DNA of 64,000 nucleotides from Candidatus Chazhemtobacterium aquaticus. Lineage in GTDB: Bacteria; Patescibacteriota; Microgenomatia; UBA1400; Chazhemtobacteraceae. Shown piece by piece: positions 31,188 through 41,316 of the stretch. Below the pieces are notes generated by a model. It had not been told where the DNA came from. It ran no database searches and worked only from the letters and a program-made list of their open reading frames with translations. The stretch is from contig NZ_CP047901.1 in NCBI RefSeq assembly GCF_009936135.1, positions 280,984 through 344,983 of the forward strand, written 5' to 3'. Both the position numbers and the translations under genes were made by a program. Every line of letters begins with the position of its first letter. Position 1 is the first letter of the stretch.

Positions 31188-32024
31188 ATGGCCTCAGAAT
31201 ACTACAAACCCACCACCCCAGGAGTTCGTCACCGCACTCGCTCTAAGCAAAAACTTTCCAAGACAAAACTTATCAAAAAACTCCGTCGGATCAACAAAAA
31301 CTATGCTGGACGCAATAATTCTGGTAAAATTACTATCCGACACCGAGGCGGTCGTCAAAAACGCTTTTTGCGTCTCATAGATTTTAAGCGAGACGCCTTC
31401 GAGATACCCGCTAAAGTAAATACGATTGAGTATGATCCCAATCGTTCGGCCAATATTGCCCTTCTACATTACCAAAATGGCGACAAACGCTACATTATTG
31501 CCCCTGACGGATTAAAGATAGGTCAAACCGTTATTTCGAGCAAGGAAAATGCCGAAATTGAACCGGGTAACACATTACCTCTAAATAAAATCCCGGTTGG
31601 CACCCCAATTCACAACCTCGAACTAACCCCTGGAAAAGGAGGCCAGATTATCCGTTCAGCTGGAGCCGCTGCCTATATTCAAGACAAAGAAGACCGATTT
31701 GTCAGCATCAAGCTTCCTTCAGGTGAAACCCGCCGTTTCCCCGCCATTTCCATGGCCACCATTGGTCAGGTAAGTAATCCAGACCACAAAAACCGAAAAC
31801 TCGGTAAAGCTGGTCGACGCCGCCTCATGGGTTGGCGCCCTTCAGTCCGTGGTGTTGCCATGCATCCAGGCGCACACCCACATGGTGGAGGAGAAGGTCG
31901 CTCTGGTATTGGTATGAACTCACCCAAGAGTCCTTGGGGCAAGCGAACACTAGGTAAAAAAACCCGTAAAGTTAAAAAATACTCAACAAAGGATATTATT
32001 AAAGACCGTCGGTCTAAAAAATAA
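31188..32024 (+). CDS. rplB: 50S ribosomal protein L2
   Basis: [19 protein letters not shown]...[15 protein letters not shown]. Confidence 0.95.
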   Translation: MASEYYKPTTPGVRHRTRSKQKLSKTKLIKKLRRINKNYAGRNNSGKITIRHRGGRQKRFLRLIDFKRDAFEIPAKVNTIEYDPNRSANIALLHYQNGDKRYIIAPDGLKIGQTVISSKENAEIEPGNTLPLNKIPVGTPIHNLELTPGKGGQIIRSAGAAAYIQDKEDRFVSIKLPSGETRRFPAISMATIGQVSNPDHKNRKLGKAGRRRLMGWRPSVRGVAMHPGAHPHGGGEGRSGIGMNSPKSPWGKRTLGKKTRKVKKYSTKDIIKDRRSKK

Positions 32025-32035
32025 CTAAAACAATC

Positions 32036-32320
32036 ATGAGCCGTAGTAATAAAAAAGGACCATATGTTGACGAGAAGCTGCTCAAAAAAGTTAGCGCTCA
32101 AAAACAATCTGCTAAAAAAGAATCGATAAAAACCTGGGCCCGAGACAGTCAAATTCCGCCAGAATTTGTTGGTCACACCTTTTTAGTTCACAATGGCAAG
32201 ATCTTTCACGAAGTCTTCGTGACCGAAGCCATGGTAGGTCACCGGCTCGGTGAATTCTCACCCACTCGGACTTTCCATGGACACGGTAAGATGACCAAAC
32301 GAGTTATCAGTAAAACTTAA
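32036..32320 (+). CDS. rpsS: 30S ribosomal protein S19
   Basis: [13 protein letters not shown]...[38 protein letters not shown]. Confidence 0.95.
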   Translation: MSRSNKKGPYVDEKLLKKVSAQKQSAKKESIKTWARDSQIPPEFVGHTFLVHNGKIFHEVFVTEAMVGHRLGEFSPTRTFHGHGKMTKRVISKT

Positions 32321-32342
32321 AAAAACATATTTACAAGCTAAG

Positions 32343-32858
32343 ATGATTATTACAGCTACCCAACGACAAATCTCTGTCACTCCTCGTAAAATGAGGATGA
32401 TGGCTACTGCTGTCAAAAATCTCAAGCCCCAAGAAGCAGTTAATCAGCTTAAATATTTAAACTACTCAGCTGCTAAACCTCTAAGCAAAGTAATTAAACA
32501 GGCCATTGCTAATGCTACCAATAATCACAAAATCAATCCTGACTCACTTAAAATAAAAGAGATTGTTGTTAACCAGGGTTGGACTCTCAAACGCTGGCAC
32601 GCCGGAGCACGTGGACGTGGTAAGCCCTATACTCGACGCCGCTCTCACGTCACCATCAAGCTTGAAAATGCCTCTGCCTCGACACCAAACACCTCCTCAT
32701 CAAAGAAAGCTTCAATTACCAACCCAGAAACATCTAAAACATCTAAAAAATTAGACTCTAAATTATCTGACACATCCAAAAAAACCCTTAAGAAAAAAAC
32801 GACCACCAGGCCATCATCTAAAAAAACTCTTAAGCAATCAACAAGTAATCAAAAATAA
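32343..32858 (+). CDS. rplV: 50S ribosomal protein L22 with a ~55-aa K/S/T-rich C-terminal extension
   Basis: L22 core (SPRKMRMMATAVKNLKPQEAVNQLKYL...GARGRGKPYTRRRSHVTIKL), then ENASASTPNTSSSKKAS...KKKTTTRPSSKK. Confidence 0.85.
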   Translation: MIITATQRQISVTPRKMRMMATAVKNLKPQEAVNQLKYLNYSAAKPLSKVIKQAIANATNNHKINPDSLKIKEIVVNQGWTLKRWHAGARGRGKPYTRRRSHVTIKLENASASTPNTSSSKKASITNPETSKTSKKLDSKLSDTSKKTLKKKTTTRPSSKKTLKQSTSNQK

Positions 32859-32864
32859 ATAACC

Positions 32865-33515
32865 ATGGGACAAAAAATTAATCCACAAGGATTCAGAACC
32901 GGCATTCTATACGACTGGAAATCCATTTGGTATGCCAATAAGCACACCTACGCTGATCTTGTCGCTCAAGACCACCAAATTCGTCGCTTTCTTGATGAAA
33001 AGCTTAAACTAGCCGGTCTTTCTCAAGTAGATATTCGACGCTCCATCAACTCTATCGACGTCTATGTATACGTATCGCGACCTGGTGTCGTCATCGGACG
33101 CGGCGGTGCCAACATTGAAGAATTAAAAAAAGACCTTATTAAGCTAGTCAACCCTAAAGGTCGCGTTCACACCAACGTCAACCTTCATCCAATGGAGATT
33201 GCCCAACCAGATCTCTCAGCTAAGCTTATTGCCAGCCAAATTGCCTATCAGCTCGAACGACGCTATCCTCATCGACGTGCCAAAGACCAAGCCATAGAAA
33301 AAGTTATGAACGCTGGTGCTAAGGGGATTAAAATCGTCTTCTCAGGCCGTATTGGTGGCGCAGATATTGGCCGGCAGGAAAAATACACCTCCGGCAAGAT
33401 ACCTACCTCCACTCTACGTGCTGACATTGATTTCGCCCACGTTCCCGCTCTTACCCGATCCGGATACGTTGGTATCAAGGTTTGGATCTACAAAGGCGAA
33501 AAACACACCAAATAA
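32865..33515 (+). CDS. rpsC: 30S ribosomal protein S3
   Basis: MGQKINPQGFRTGI, KH domain, ...GRIGGADIGRQEKYTSGKIPTSTLRADIDFAH. Confidence 0.95.
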   Translation: MGQKINPQGFRTGILYDWKSIWYANKHTYADLVAQDHQIRRFLDEKLKLAGLSQVDIRRSINSIDVYVYVSRPGVVIGRGGANIEELKKDLIKLVNPKGRVHTNVNLHPMEIAQPDLSAKLIASQIAYQLERRYPHRRAKDQAIEKVMNAGAKGIKIVFSGRIGGADIGRQEKYTSGKIPTSTLRADIDFAHVPALTRSGYVGIKVWIYKGEKHTK

Positions 33516-33557
33516 AGCTAATAGCCTAAAAGTAATCAATAAGCCAAATCAAGTAAC

Positions 33558-33962
33558 ATGCTACAACCAAGAAAACGTAAATACCGCAAAGAATTCAGAG
33601 GAACCATGAAAGGGTTCTCACAACGAGGTAACTATGTCGCTTATGGGGAATTTGGTCTCAAAGCTCTCGACCGTGCTTGGATTACTGCCCGTCAAATTGA
33701 AGCTGCCAGACGAGCCATCTCTCACCATACCAAACGCGCAGGTAAAACGTTTATTCGCATCTTTCCTCACAAACCCATCACAGATCGCCCTGCCGGATCG
33801 CGTATGGGTAGCGGAAAAGGTGACATTAGCCAGTACGTCGCCGTTATTACTCCAGGCCGAGTCCTTTTTGAACTAGCCGGAGTGGATGAAGCTACTGCTA
33901 ACAAAGCTCTCAAAAGTGCCGCTAACAAACTACCTATTAAAACCAAAATTATCGCTCGTTAA
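33558..33962 (+). CDS. rplP: 50S ribosomal protein L16
   Basis: MLQPRKRKYRKEFRGTMKG... Confidence 0.95.
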   Translation: MLQPRKRKYRKEFRGTMKGFSQRGNYVAYGEFGLKALDRAWITARQIEAARRAISHHTKRAGKTFIRIFPHKPITDRPAGSRMGSGKGDISQYVAVITPGRVLFELAGVDEATANKALKSAANKLPIKTKIIAR

Positions 33963-33964
33963 TC

Positions 33965-34174
33965 ATGGCTACCTCAAAAACAAAACCAAATACCAGTGCC
34001 AATATCACCGAACTCAACAAAGAGTTAACTAAAATAAATCAAGAGTTACAGGCTACCAGGCTTGACATTAAAGCCGGTGTCCAGTCTAATACCAATGCTC
34101 ACAAACCACTTAAAAGAAAAAAGGCACAACTTGTCTATCAAATCCATCAATTAACCAAACAAGCTAAAAAATAA
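33965..34174 (+). CDS. rpmC: 50S ribosomal protein L29
   Basis: 69 aa helical protein (ELNKELTKINQELQATRLDIKAG). Operon position between rplP and rpsQ. Confidence 0.8.
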   Translation: MATSKTKPNTSANITELNKELTKINQELQATRLDIKAGVQSNTNAHKPLKRKKAQLVYQIHQLTKQAKK

Positions 34175-34176
34175 TC

Positions 34177-34404
34177 ATGAAAACCTTCATCGGAACCGTC
34201 AAATCAGCCAAAATGGACAAAACTGTTGTTGTTGAGGTTGTCACCTTTCGCCAACACCCACTTTACCTTAAGCGTTACAAGTTCACTAAGCGCTTCCTTG
34301 CTCATGATCCGCTTGGCGCCAAAGAAGGAGATAAAGTTCAAATTAAAGAATCACGACCTATTAGTCGCCGTAAACATTGGCAGATATCTCAAATCATCAA
34401 CTAA
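34177..34404 (+). CDS. rpsQ: 30S ribosomal protein S17
   Basis: GTVKSAKMDKTVVVEVVTFRQHPLYLKRYKFTKRFLAHD. Confidence 0.9.
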   Translation: MKTFIGTVKSAKMDKTVVVEVVTFRQHPLYLKRYKFTKRFLAHDPLGAKEGDKVQIKESRPISRRKHWQISQIIN

Positions 34405-34416
34405 TCTATCACAATC

Positions 34417-34791
34417 ATGGTTCAACTAAGAAGCATTCTCAAAGTAGCAGACAACACCGGCGCCAAACGACTTCGCTTAATTCTTGTTCACGGAGGTTCA
34501 AAACGACGTTTTGGACATGTCGGTGACATCATCACTGCCTCGGTCACTCAAGCCGACCCAAACTCTGCTGTCAAAAAAGGCCAAATGGTCAAGGCAGTTA
34601 TAGTCCGCTCTCGAAAAGAAACAGGCCGTCCTGATGGAACTTATATTCGTTTTGACGACAACGCAGCCGTCATTATTGAAAATCCCACCACCAAAGCTCC
34701 TATTGGAACCAGAGTTTTTGGTGCCATAGCTCGTGAAGTCAAGGATAATGGATTTAATAAAATTGCATCTTTAGCACCCGAAGTGCTCTAA
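34417..34791 (+). CDS. rplN: 50S ribosomal protein L14
   Basis: [39 protein letters not shown]. Confidence 0.95.
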   Translation: MVQLRSILKVADNTGAKRLRLILVHGGSKRRFGHVGDIITASVTQADPNSAVKKGQMVKAVIVRSRKETGRPDGTYIRFDDNAAVIIENPTTKAPIGTRVFGAIAREVKDNGFNKIASLAPEVL

Positions 34792-34794
34792 ATC

Positions 34795-35130
34795 ATGAAA
34801 CTACACAAAAACGATACCATTAAAGTCCTTTCTGGAGACGACAAAGGTCGTACTGGAAAGGTCACCAGGCTCTACCCAAAGGAGAACAAGGTTCTCGTTG
34901 ATGGTCTCAACACCTATAAAAAACATCTTAAAAACCAATCCGATCAAGACTCCGGAGGGGTTGTTACACTATCTCGACCTCTACACGTATCTAAACTTCA
35001 ACTAATCTGTCCTCAATGCCACAAACCTACCAGGGTAACTTATTCTGGAACCGGTTCAAGCAAAGTCCGCCTTTGTAGTAAGTGTCACAAACCTCTCACA
35101 ATAACCACCCCGAAGAAAACCAAAAAATAA
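34795..35130 (+). CDS. rplX: 50S ribosomal protein L24 with four Cys (CxxC...CxxC) in its C-terminal half
   Basis: KOW motif IKVLSGDDKGRTGKVTRL. C-terminal CPQCHKPTRVTYSGTGSSKVRLCSKCHKP. Confidence 0.85.
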   Translation: MKLHKNDTIKVLSGDDKGRTGKVTRLYPKENKVLVDGLNTYKKHLKNQSDQDSGGVVTLSRPLHVSKLQLICPQCHKPTRVTYSGTGSSKVRLCSKCHKPLTITTPKKTKK

Positions 35131-35148
35131 TCACCAAAATCAAACACT

Positions 35149-35703
35149 ATGAACACTCTTAAACAAACTTTTAATCAAAATATCATTCCATCTCTCCAGA
35201 AAGAACTGAAGCTGGATAATCCCCTAGCTATTCCTCGGCTAACGAAAATAACCATTAACACTAGCTCTTCTGAATTTCACCACGATAAAGATTTGCTGGA
35301 AAAAACTATACTCTGGCTTTCTGCTATTTCCGGTCAAAAGCCAAAAACTGCTCGCGCCAAAAAATCCATTGCCACCTTCAATCTAAGAGAAGGAGATACC
35401 ATCGGTCTTTATGTCACTCTCAGAGGAGAACGTATGTATCACTTCTTCCAGAAATTAGTTAACATCGTCCTACCTCGCACCAAAGATTTCCAAGGAGTAA
35501 AACCTACCAGTTTTGATTCACGCGGCAACTATACCCTGGGTCTTAATGAGCAAATTGTCTTTCCGGAGGTTGATTATGATAAAATTGGACGTGTTCAGGG
35601 GCTAGAAATTGTCATCAGCACCTCAGCCCGGGACTCTCAATCTGCCCTTAAGCTTCTCACTGCTCTAGGAATGCCTTTTGCAAAAGAGGAGTCTAATGCA
35701 TAA
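35149..35703 (+). CDS. rplE: 50S ribosomal protein L5
   Basis: ...RGNYTLGLNEQIVFPEVDYDKIGRVQGLEIVISTSA. Confidence 0.9.
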   Translation: MNTLKQTFNQNIIPSLQKELKLDNPLAIPRLTKITINTSSSEFHHDKDLLEKTILWLSAISGQKPKTARAKKSIATFNLREGDTIGLYVTLRGERMYHFFQKLVNIVLPRTKDFQGVKPTSFDSRGNYTLGLNEQIVFPEVDYDKIGRVQGLEIVISTSARDSQSALKLLTALGMPFAKEESNA

Positions 35704-35728
35704 TCACTAGTCATCATTAACATAAAAA

Positions 35729-35920
35729 ATGGCCAAAACGTCGAAAATCATCAAATCTAAACGCCTCAAAGAGAGTCAACACTCAACCAGAGGCATCAAT
35801 CGCTGTCATATATGCGGACGGTCTCGTGGATACATCCGTATTTTTGGTCTCTGCAGACTTTGTTTCCGTGAACTAGCTCATAAAGGAGAATTACCCGGCG
35901 TTGTCAAATACAGTAAATAA
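35729..35920 (+). CDS. rpsN: 30S ribosomal protein S14, zinc-binding type Z
   Basis: 63 aa, [38 protein letters not shown] (C-x2-C...C-x2-C). Confidence 0.9.
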   Translation: MAKTSKIIKSKRLKESQHSTRGINRCHICGRSRGYIRIFGLCRLCFRELAHKGELPGVVKYSK

Positions 35921-35921
35921 C

Positions 35922-36308
35922 ATGGATCCCATCGCAAATTTTCTAACTCAAATCAGAAACGGCTATCTCGCTAACAAGAGTAGTATCTCCCTTCCTCATT
36001 CCCAGATCAAGGAGACTATCGCCAATATCCTCTCCCAGGCTGGTTATCTCGGCACCATCACCGTCACCGGCCAGGTACCCAGCAAGACTCTTGATATTGA
36101 GTTACTTTATCACCAAAAGCAGCCACTTCTTACCCATATCTCTCGCGTTTCTACCCCAAGCGTTCGTCGTTACGCCTCCGCTGATAAAATTCCCCACGCT
36201 CTTTCTGGCAAGGGACTAGTTATCCTTACCACCTCCAAAGGTCTTATGACTGGACGCCAGGCTCGCAAGCTTGGTATTGGCGGAGAAGTTATTTGTCAAA
36301 TTTGGTAA
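35922..36308 (+). CDS. rpsH: 30S ribosomal protein S8
   Basis: MDPIANFLTQIRNG... The ATG at 35922 follows the rpsN stop; the track ORF opens upstream at 35901 in the same frame. Confidence 0.9.
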   Translation: MDPIANFLTQIRNGYLANKSSISLPHSQIKETIANILSQAGYLGTITVTGQVPSKTLDIELLYHQKQPLLTHISRVSTPSVRRYASADKIPHALSGKGLVILTTSKGLMTGRQARKLGIGGEVICQIW

Positions 36309-36315
36309 ATCATCC

Positions 36316-36861
36316 ATGTCACGCATAGGTACTCAACCCATCCATATTCCCGACTCAGTCACTGTTAGCGTTGAAGGGCAGCTTATTACCGTGAAAGGCC
36401 CTCTTGGTCAACTTTCCCAAGTTATCCCCCAGTCCATCAAGCCGACCTGTAAAGACAACCAGATTACATTTACCCGCTCAGCCAATACTCCAGAAATCAG
36501 GTCGCTTCATGGCCTCGCCCGTGCTCTTGTTAACAACTTAATTACCGGCGTCACTCAAGGGTTTACCAAGGAGCTTGAGTTAGTTGGCACTGGTTACAGG
36601 GTCGCCAAAGCTGGTGATAAAATTTCTCTTTCAGTCGGCTATTCCCATCCTATAGAGGTAGAGCCAACACCAGGAGTCAATCTTGAAATTGAAGGTAATA
36701 ATAAAATCATTATCAAGGGCATTGATAAACAGTTAGTCGGCCAACTAGCCGCTAATATTCGTGCCATCAGGCCCCCCGAACCTTACAAGGGTAAAGGTAT
36801 TCGTTACTCTGGTGAAGTTGTTCGTCGCAAAGCCGGCAAAGCCGCCAAAGCAACCGCCTAA
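36316..36861 (+). CDS. rplF: 50S ribosomal protein L6
   Basis: MSRIGTQPIHIPDSVTVSVEGQLITVKGPLG... The true start is at 36316; the track ORF opens at 36271. Confidence 0.9.
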   Translation: MSRIGTQPIHIPDSVTVSVEGQLITVKGPLGQLSQVIPQSIKPTCKDNQITFTRSANTPEIRSLHGLARALVNNLITGVTQGFTKELELVGTGYRVAKAGDKISLSVGYSHPIEVEPTPGVNLEIEGNNKIIIKGIDKQLVGQLAANIRAIRPPEPYKGKGIRYSGEVVRRKAGKAAKATA

Positions 36862-36882
36862 ACCTAAACTATTCACAAAAAC

Positions 36883-37239
36883 ATGACTATCAAACACCAC
36901 CTTAATCAAAAAACCAAACGAGCCATTCGGGTCAGATCCAAAATCCACGGAACTGCTTCTCGCCCTCGTCTCTCCGTTTCTCGCAGTAGTCAACATCTAC
37001 AAGCCCAGTTAATTAATGACGATCAACGTCTTACCCTTCTAGGCCTATCAACATCTACTCTTAAAAAAACTAAAAATCTAACTAAAACAGATCTTGCCAA
37101 GCAACTTGGAACCGAGTTCGCCAAACTAGCTCTCAAACAAGACATCAACCAGGCTATCTTTGACAGAGGTGGTAATCGTTATCATGGGCGCATTAAAGCC
37201 TTCGCCCAGTCAGCTCGAGACGCAGGCCTTAAAATTTAA
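36883..37239 (+). CDS. rplR: 50S ribosomal protein L18
   Basis: RPRLSVSRSSQHLQAQLINDDQ...GGNRYHGRIKAFAQSARDAGLKI. Confidence 0.9.
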   Translation: MTIKHHLNQKTKRAIRVRSKIHGTASRPRLSVSRSSQHLQAQLINDDQRLTLLGLSTSTLKKTKNLTKTDLAKQLGTEFAKLALKQDINQAIFDRGGNRYHGRIKAFAQSARDAGLKI

Positions 37240-37250
37240 ATAACACAATC

Positions 37251-37751
37251 ATGGCAACACACACACAAGACAATTACAAACCAACTGAAGAATTCGATCA
37301 AAAAGTTCTTCAAGTTCGCCGTGTGTCCAAGAAAACAAAAGGTGGCAATCGTATCAGCTTTACTGCCTTAGTCATTGTCGGCGACCACAAAGGCAAAGTC
37401 GGCGTTGGCCTTGGTAAGGCTCCAGACGTTAAAGCTGCTGTCTCAAAGGGAGCCCGTCTTGCTAAAAGAGATATGGTCAATCTTCCCCTTGTCGAGGGCA
37501 CTATTCCTCACCGCATAGAGTACAAATTTGGAGCAGCTAAGGTCTTACTTAAGCCCGCCCCTTCCGGTACTGGTGTCATCGCTGGAGGATCAGTACGAGC
37601 CGTTGTTGAAGCAGCTGGAGTCAAAAATATTGTCGGCAAAATTCTTGGCAACAACAATAAAATGAGCAACGTTTATGCCACTCTGGGTGCGCTCAGGGCC
37701 ATAGAAACCATGTCTATTAAGTCATCCCATCGTCAAACACTTACCAAGTAA
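37251..37751 (+). CDS. rpsE: 30S ribosomal protein S5
   Basis: [39 protein letters not shown]... Followed directly by rplO, with no rpmD. Confidence 0.9.
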   Translation: MATHTQDNYKPTEEFDQKVLQVRRVSKKTKGGNRISFTALVIVGDHKGKVGVGLGKAPDVKAAVSKGARLAKRDMVNLPLVEGTIPHRIEYKFGAAKVLLKPAPSGTGVIAGGSVRAVVEAAGVKNIVGKILGNNNKMSNVYATLGALRAIETMSIKSSHRQTLTK

Positions 37752-37753
37752 AT

Positions 37754-38197
37754 ATGTCACTTCTTAATCAACTACCACCAGTTAAATCCAAACCAAAACG
37801 GCGTCTTGGTCGCGGTTATGGTTCTCAAAAAGGCGGCCATACCTCCTCACGTGGACAAAAGGGTCAAAAGTCTCGAAATAAGCTGCCCATTTGGTTTGAG
37901 GGCGGCCAGCTACCCCTTATTCGCCGTACTCCATTCATCAAGGGTAAATCGCGTTTCAATAGTCTCAAACCTAAACCAGTCACCATTACTCTTGATGAAC
38001 TCAACGCGTTCAAAGCCAACTCTACTGTTGATCTTAAATCTTTATCAACCACCCTAAGACTTTCCTCCCAACAGCTTCTTAACCAAGGTGCCAAGATCTT
38101 AGCCTCTGGTCAGATCAAAAAAGCCCTAATTGTTAAGGTACCCGCTTCAAAAACTGCTGCCAAGGCTATTCAAAAGGCCGGCGGACGAGTAGAATAG
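37754..38197 (+). CDS. rplO: 50S ribosomal protein L15
   Basis: [26 protein letters not shown]. Confidence 0.9.
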   Translation: MSLLNQLPPVKSKPKRRLGRGYGSQKGGHTSSRGQKGQKSRNKLPIWFEGGQLPLIRRTPFIKGKSRFNSLKPKPVTITLDELNAFKANSTVDLKSLSTTLRLSSQQLLNQGAKILASGQIKKALIVKVPASKTAAKAIQKAGGRVE

Positions 38198-38202
38198 GTA
38201 GC

Positions 38203-39483
38203 ATGCAACTTCTAGCCAGCCTACGTAACCTATGGCGCATTCCCACCCTTCGTCGCAAACTGCTTATTACTCTTCTCATTCTTCTAATTTTCCGTTTTCT
38301 CGCTCATATTCCTGTTCCCGGCATTGATCGCGATACCTTAACTCAGCTATTTTCTACCTCAGCGTTTCTCACCCTGCTTGATGTTTTCTCCGGAGGAACT
38401 CTGGCTAATCTCTCCATCATGGCCCTAGGTGTTAACCCTTACATTAACGCTTCCATTATGCTGCAAATGCTCACCATGGTCATTCCTCAGCTTGAAGCCT
38501 TAAGTCAAGAAGGTGATTTTGGGCGCCAAAGAATTAACCAATACACTCGTCTTCTCACCCTACCTCTTGCCATCATTCAAAGCTTCGGACTTATTATCTT
38601 ACTTAAGAACCAAGGTATTGCTCTCATCTCCTCACCGCTTCAGATTATTAGCATCATGATCACCTTAACTACTGGTACTGTCATTCTCATGTGGCTAGGC
38701 GAGTTACTCACCGAATACGGCCTTGGTAACGGTATTTCTATTATTATCTTTGCCGGCATTGCCGGACGTCTACCCATCTCTCTTTTTCAAACCGCCTCAG
38801 TGGCTAGTTCACAAAACCTCACCAATCTTCTTGTTTTTGCTCTAATGTCACTAGTCGTCATTTATTTTGTTGTTAAAACCACTCAGGCACAACGCCAAAT
38901 TACCGTGCAATACGCCCGGCGTACTCGTCTCATGCCTACCTCGGGAGGACAACTAACTCACCTTCCCCTCAGACTAAACCAAGCTGGAGTTATTCCCATT
39001 ATCTTTGCTGTCTCCTTGATGCTTGTGCCATCCATGTTGGGTAACTTTCTCGTCAGTGCCAACCAGCCTGTACTTCAGCGTCTTGGCACTTTCTTCACCG
39101 TTAACCTCGCTCCCAACTCCTGGCTCTATATTCTTACTTACTTTACCCTGGTTGTTGGTTTCACTTTCTTTTATACCGCCGTTGTCTTTAATCCCGAAAA
39201 AATCGCAGATCAAATCAAGAAGAATGGAGGCTTTATTCCTGGAGTAAGACCCGGAACCCCTACTGTAAACTATCTCACCTATATTCTGAATCGCATCACC
39301 CTAGTCGGAGCCGCCTTCTTAGGGCTTATCGCCGTTTTACCCAATCTGGCTCAATCTGTCACTGGTATCAGCACTCTTGCTATCGGCGGTACCGGTCTTT
39401 TGATTGTTGTTTCTGTTATCTTAGAAACATCCCAAAAGGTTGAGTCTCAACTCGTCATGCATAATTACGACCGATTTCTTTAA
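38203..39483 (+). CDS. secY: preprotein translocase subunit SecY
   Basis: 426 aa, 10 TM segments, conserved GIxPYI-like ([11 protein letters not shown]) and [11 protein letters not shown] blocks. Operon position. Confidence 0.95.
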   Translation: MQLLASLRNLWRIPTLRRKLLITLLILLIFRFLAHIPVPGIDRDTLTQLFSTSAFLTLLDVFSGGTLANLSIMALGVNPYINASIMLQMLTMVIPQLEALSQEGDFGRQRINQYTRLLTLPLAIIQSFGLIILLKNQGIALISSPLQIISIMITLTTGTVILMWLGELLTEYGLGNGISIIIFAGIAGRLPISLFQTASVASSQNLTNLLVFALMSLVVIYFVVKTTQAQRQITVQYARRTRLMPTSGGQLTHLPLRLNQAGVIPIIFAVSLMLVPSMLGNFLVSANQPVLQRLGTFFTVNLAPNSWLYILTYFTLVVGFTFFYTAVVFNPEKIADQIKKNGGFIPGVRPGTPTVNYLTYILNRITLVGAAFLGLIAVLPNLAQSVTGISTLAIGGTGLLIVVSVILETSQKVESQLVMHNYDRFL

Positions 39484-40043
39484 TGAATCTCATTCTTCTC
39501 GGACCACCCGGGTCAGGTAAGGGTACCCAAGCCAAACTACTAAGCCAACATTTTCAACTCAATCACATTTCTTCAGGAGAGCTTCTTCGTCAGGAAGTGG
39601 TCCAAAACACACCCAAAGGAAAGTTAATTGCCCAAATCATGAATCAAGGAGAATTGGTGCCTTTCGACACGGTCCTTGACCTCATTCTTAAACAGATTAA
39701 CACCAGTCCTAACGGTTTTATCCTAGACGGTACGCCACGCGATCTGTCCCAAGCCGAACATATGGATTGGTTTTTTAATCAAAATCACATCCATCTTGAT
39801 ACAGTTATTTACTACCAACTTGATGACCCAACTGCACTTAAACGTCTCGCCAATCGCGCCCGTGAAGAAAATCGCTCTGACGACACTCCTCAAATTCATC
39901 GTGAACGTCTGCGCATCTACCACCAAAAAACTCAACCCGTCATTGACTATTATCAAAAACAACACAAGCTAGTTACCATAGATGCTCGGCCGGATATCGA
40001 CACCATCTTCGCCAACACCCTAAAACTTATACCTAGTAAATAA
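39483..40043 (+). CDS. adk: adenylate kinase (short form, no Zn lid)
   Basis: LLGPPGSGKGTQA, GELVPFDTV, ILDGTPRDLSQAE. Confidence 0.9.
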   Translation: MNLILLGPPGSGKGTQAKLLSQHFQLNHISSGELLRQEVVQNTPKGKLIAQIMNQGELVPFDTVLDLILKQINTSPNGFILDGTPRDLSQAEHMDWFFNQNHIHLDTVIYYQLDDPTALKRLANRAREENRSDDTPQIHRERLRIYHQKTQPVIDYYQKQHKLVTIDARPDIDTIFANTLKLIPSK

Positions 40044-40059
40044 TGTTAAAATTTCACCC

Positions 40060-40794
40060 ATGAATCAGAAAAAAATTAAATTAATGCAAGAAGGAGGACA
40101 ACTACTTGCTTCAATCAAGACCCAGCTTGGCAGTATGGTCAAACCGGGGGTTACCCCTCTAGATATCGAACGCCACGCTAACAAGCTAATCAGCCAAACT
40201 GGTGGACAGCCATCATTTAAACTGGTCCCCAACTACCATCACGCCACTTGTGTCAATGTTAACGACAGTCTAGTTCATGGGATCCCAACAAAACAGCCGT
40301 TCAAAAACGGTGACCTTGTCAGTATTGATTTAGGTCTCTACTACAAAGGCTACCATACAGATACCTCAATTACAGTGGTGGCCGGCTCTTCCTCTCCTAA
40401 GTTGCAAACATTTATTAATGTCGGCTACAAAGCCCTCGATGCAGCCATTAAGGCAGCCATACCTGGAAATCGTGTTTCTGATATCTCCAGAGCCGTCCAA
40501 ACAACCATTGAAGCGGCTGGCTACTCCGTTATTCGCGACTTAACCGGTCATGGAATTGGTACTAAGCTGCACGAAGACCCCTATATACCCAACTTCGTTG
40601 ACCCCAATCATCACGACTCAACACTGTACTCCGGTCAAACCATAGCCATTGAGCCCATGTATAGTATGGGTGATTATCAAATCAAAATCGAATCAGATGA
40701 CTGGACTATCTCGTCTCTTGACGGCAGTCTTACTGCATTAGTCGAAGACACTATAGCTATAACACCAGAGGGTCCAGTTATTCTTACCCGTTAA
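40060..40794 (+). CDS. map: type I methionine aminopeptidase
   Basis: VHGIP...DLVSIDLG...HTDTSITV...GHGIG...HE... metal-ligand pattern. Confidence 0.9.
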   Translation: MNQKKIKLMQEGGQLLASIKTQLGSMVKPGVTPLDIERHANKLISQTGGQPSFKLVPNYHHATCVNVNDSLVHGIPTKQPFKNGDLVSIDLGLYYKGYHTDTSITVVAGSSSPKLQTFINVGYKALDAAIKAAIPGNRVSDISRAVQTTIEAAGYSVIRDLTGHGIGTKLHEDPYIPNFVDPNHHDSTLYSGQTIAIEPMYSMGDYQIKIESDDWTISSLDGSLTALVEDTIAITPEGPVILTR

Positions 40795-40848
40795 ATTAAC
40801 CTCTAACTAGCCAAAATTTGTATTTTCTGATAAAATTACTCTCACATT

Positions 40849-41070
40849 ATGGCACCTCAAAGCGAGATACAAAAAATCGATGGCACTGTCATCGAAGCCT
40901 TGCCTAATACCCAATTTAGGGTTAAACTACCCGACGACAAGGTCATACTAGCCCATCTAGCCGGACGCATGCGACTAAATCGTATTAGAGTTATGCCAGG
41001 TGATAGGGTTACCATTGAACTTACTCCTTACGACGATTCCAAAGGACGTATAGTTTATCGCAATAAATAA
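40849..41070 (+). CDS. infA: translation initiation factor IF-1
   Basis: 73 aa S1-like OB fold ([49 protein letters not shown]). Confidence 0.9.
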   Translation: MAPQSEIQKIDGTVIEALPNTQFRVKLPDDKVILAHLAGRMRLNRIRVMPGDRVTIELTPYDDSKGRIVYRNK

Positions 41071-41129
41071 TTAATCAATTATCAAGCCGGTCCGCAAAAT
41101 CTAGGTCGAGCTTGGTATTTTTATGCCCA

Positions 41130-41243
41130 ATGAAAGTCAAGGCATCTGTTAAACCACGCTGCATCAAATGCAAAATTGTCCGCCGTAAAGGTCGGGTTTA
41201 CATTGTTTGTGACAATCCTCGTCATAAACAACGCCAAGGCTAA
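41130..41243 (+). CDS. rpmJ: 50S ribosomal protein L36
   Basis: Manual translation gives [37 protein letters not shown] (37 aa, Zn-ribbon type). Below the ORF-track length cutoff. Confidence 0.85.
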   Translation: MKVKASVKPRCIKCKIVRRKGRVYIVCDNPRHKQRQG

Positions 41244-41316
41244 GCCACCAGCGACAACATTTATAACTCATATCACTCAATAATTTAAATATTTAAACCA
41301 ATTAAAATCATCAAAT

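Noticed and set aside
31766-32176. 136-aa minus-strand ORF across the rplB/rpsS junction
   Set aside because: Antisense shadow ORF over the conserved L2 and S19 genes.
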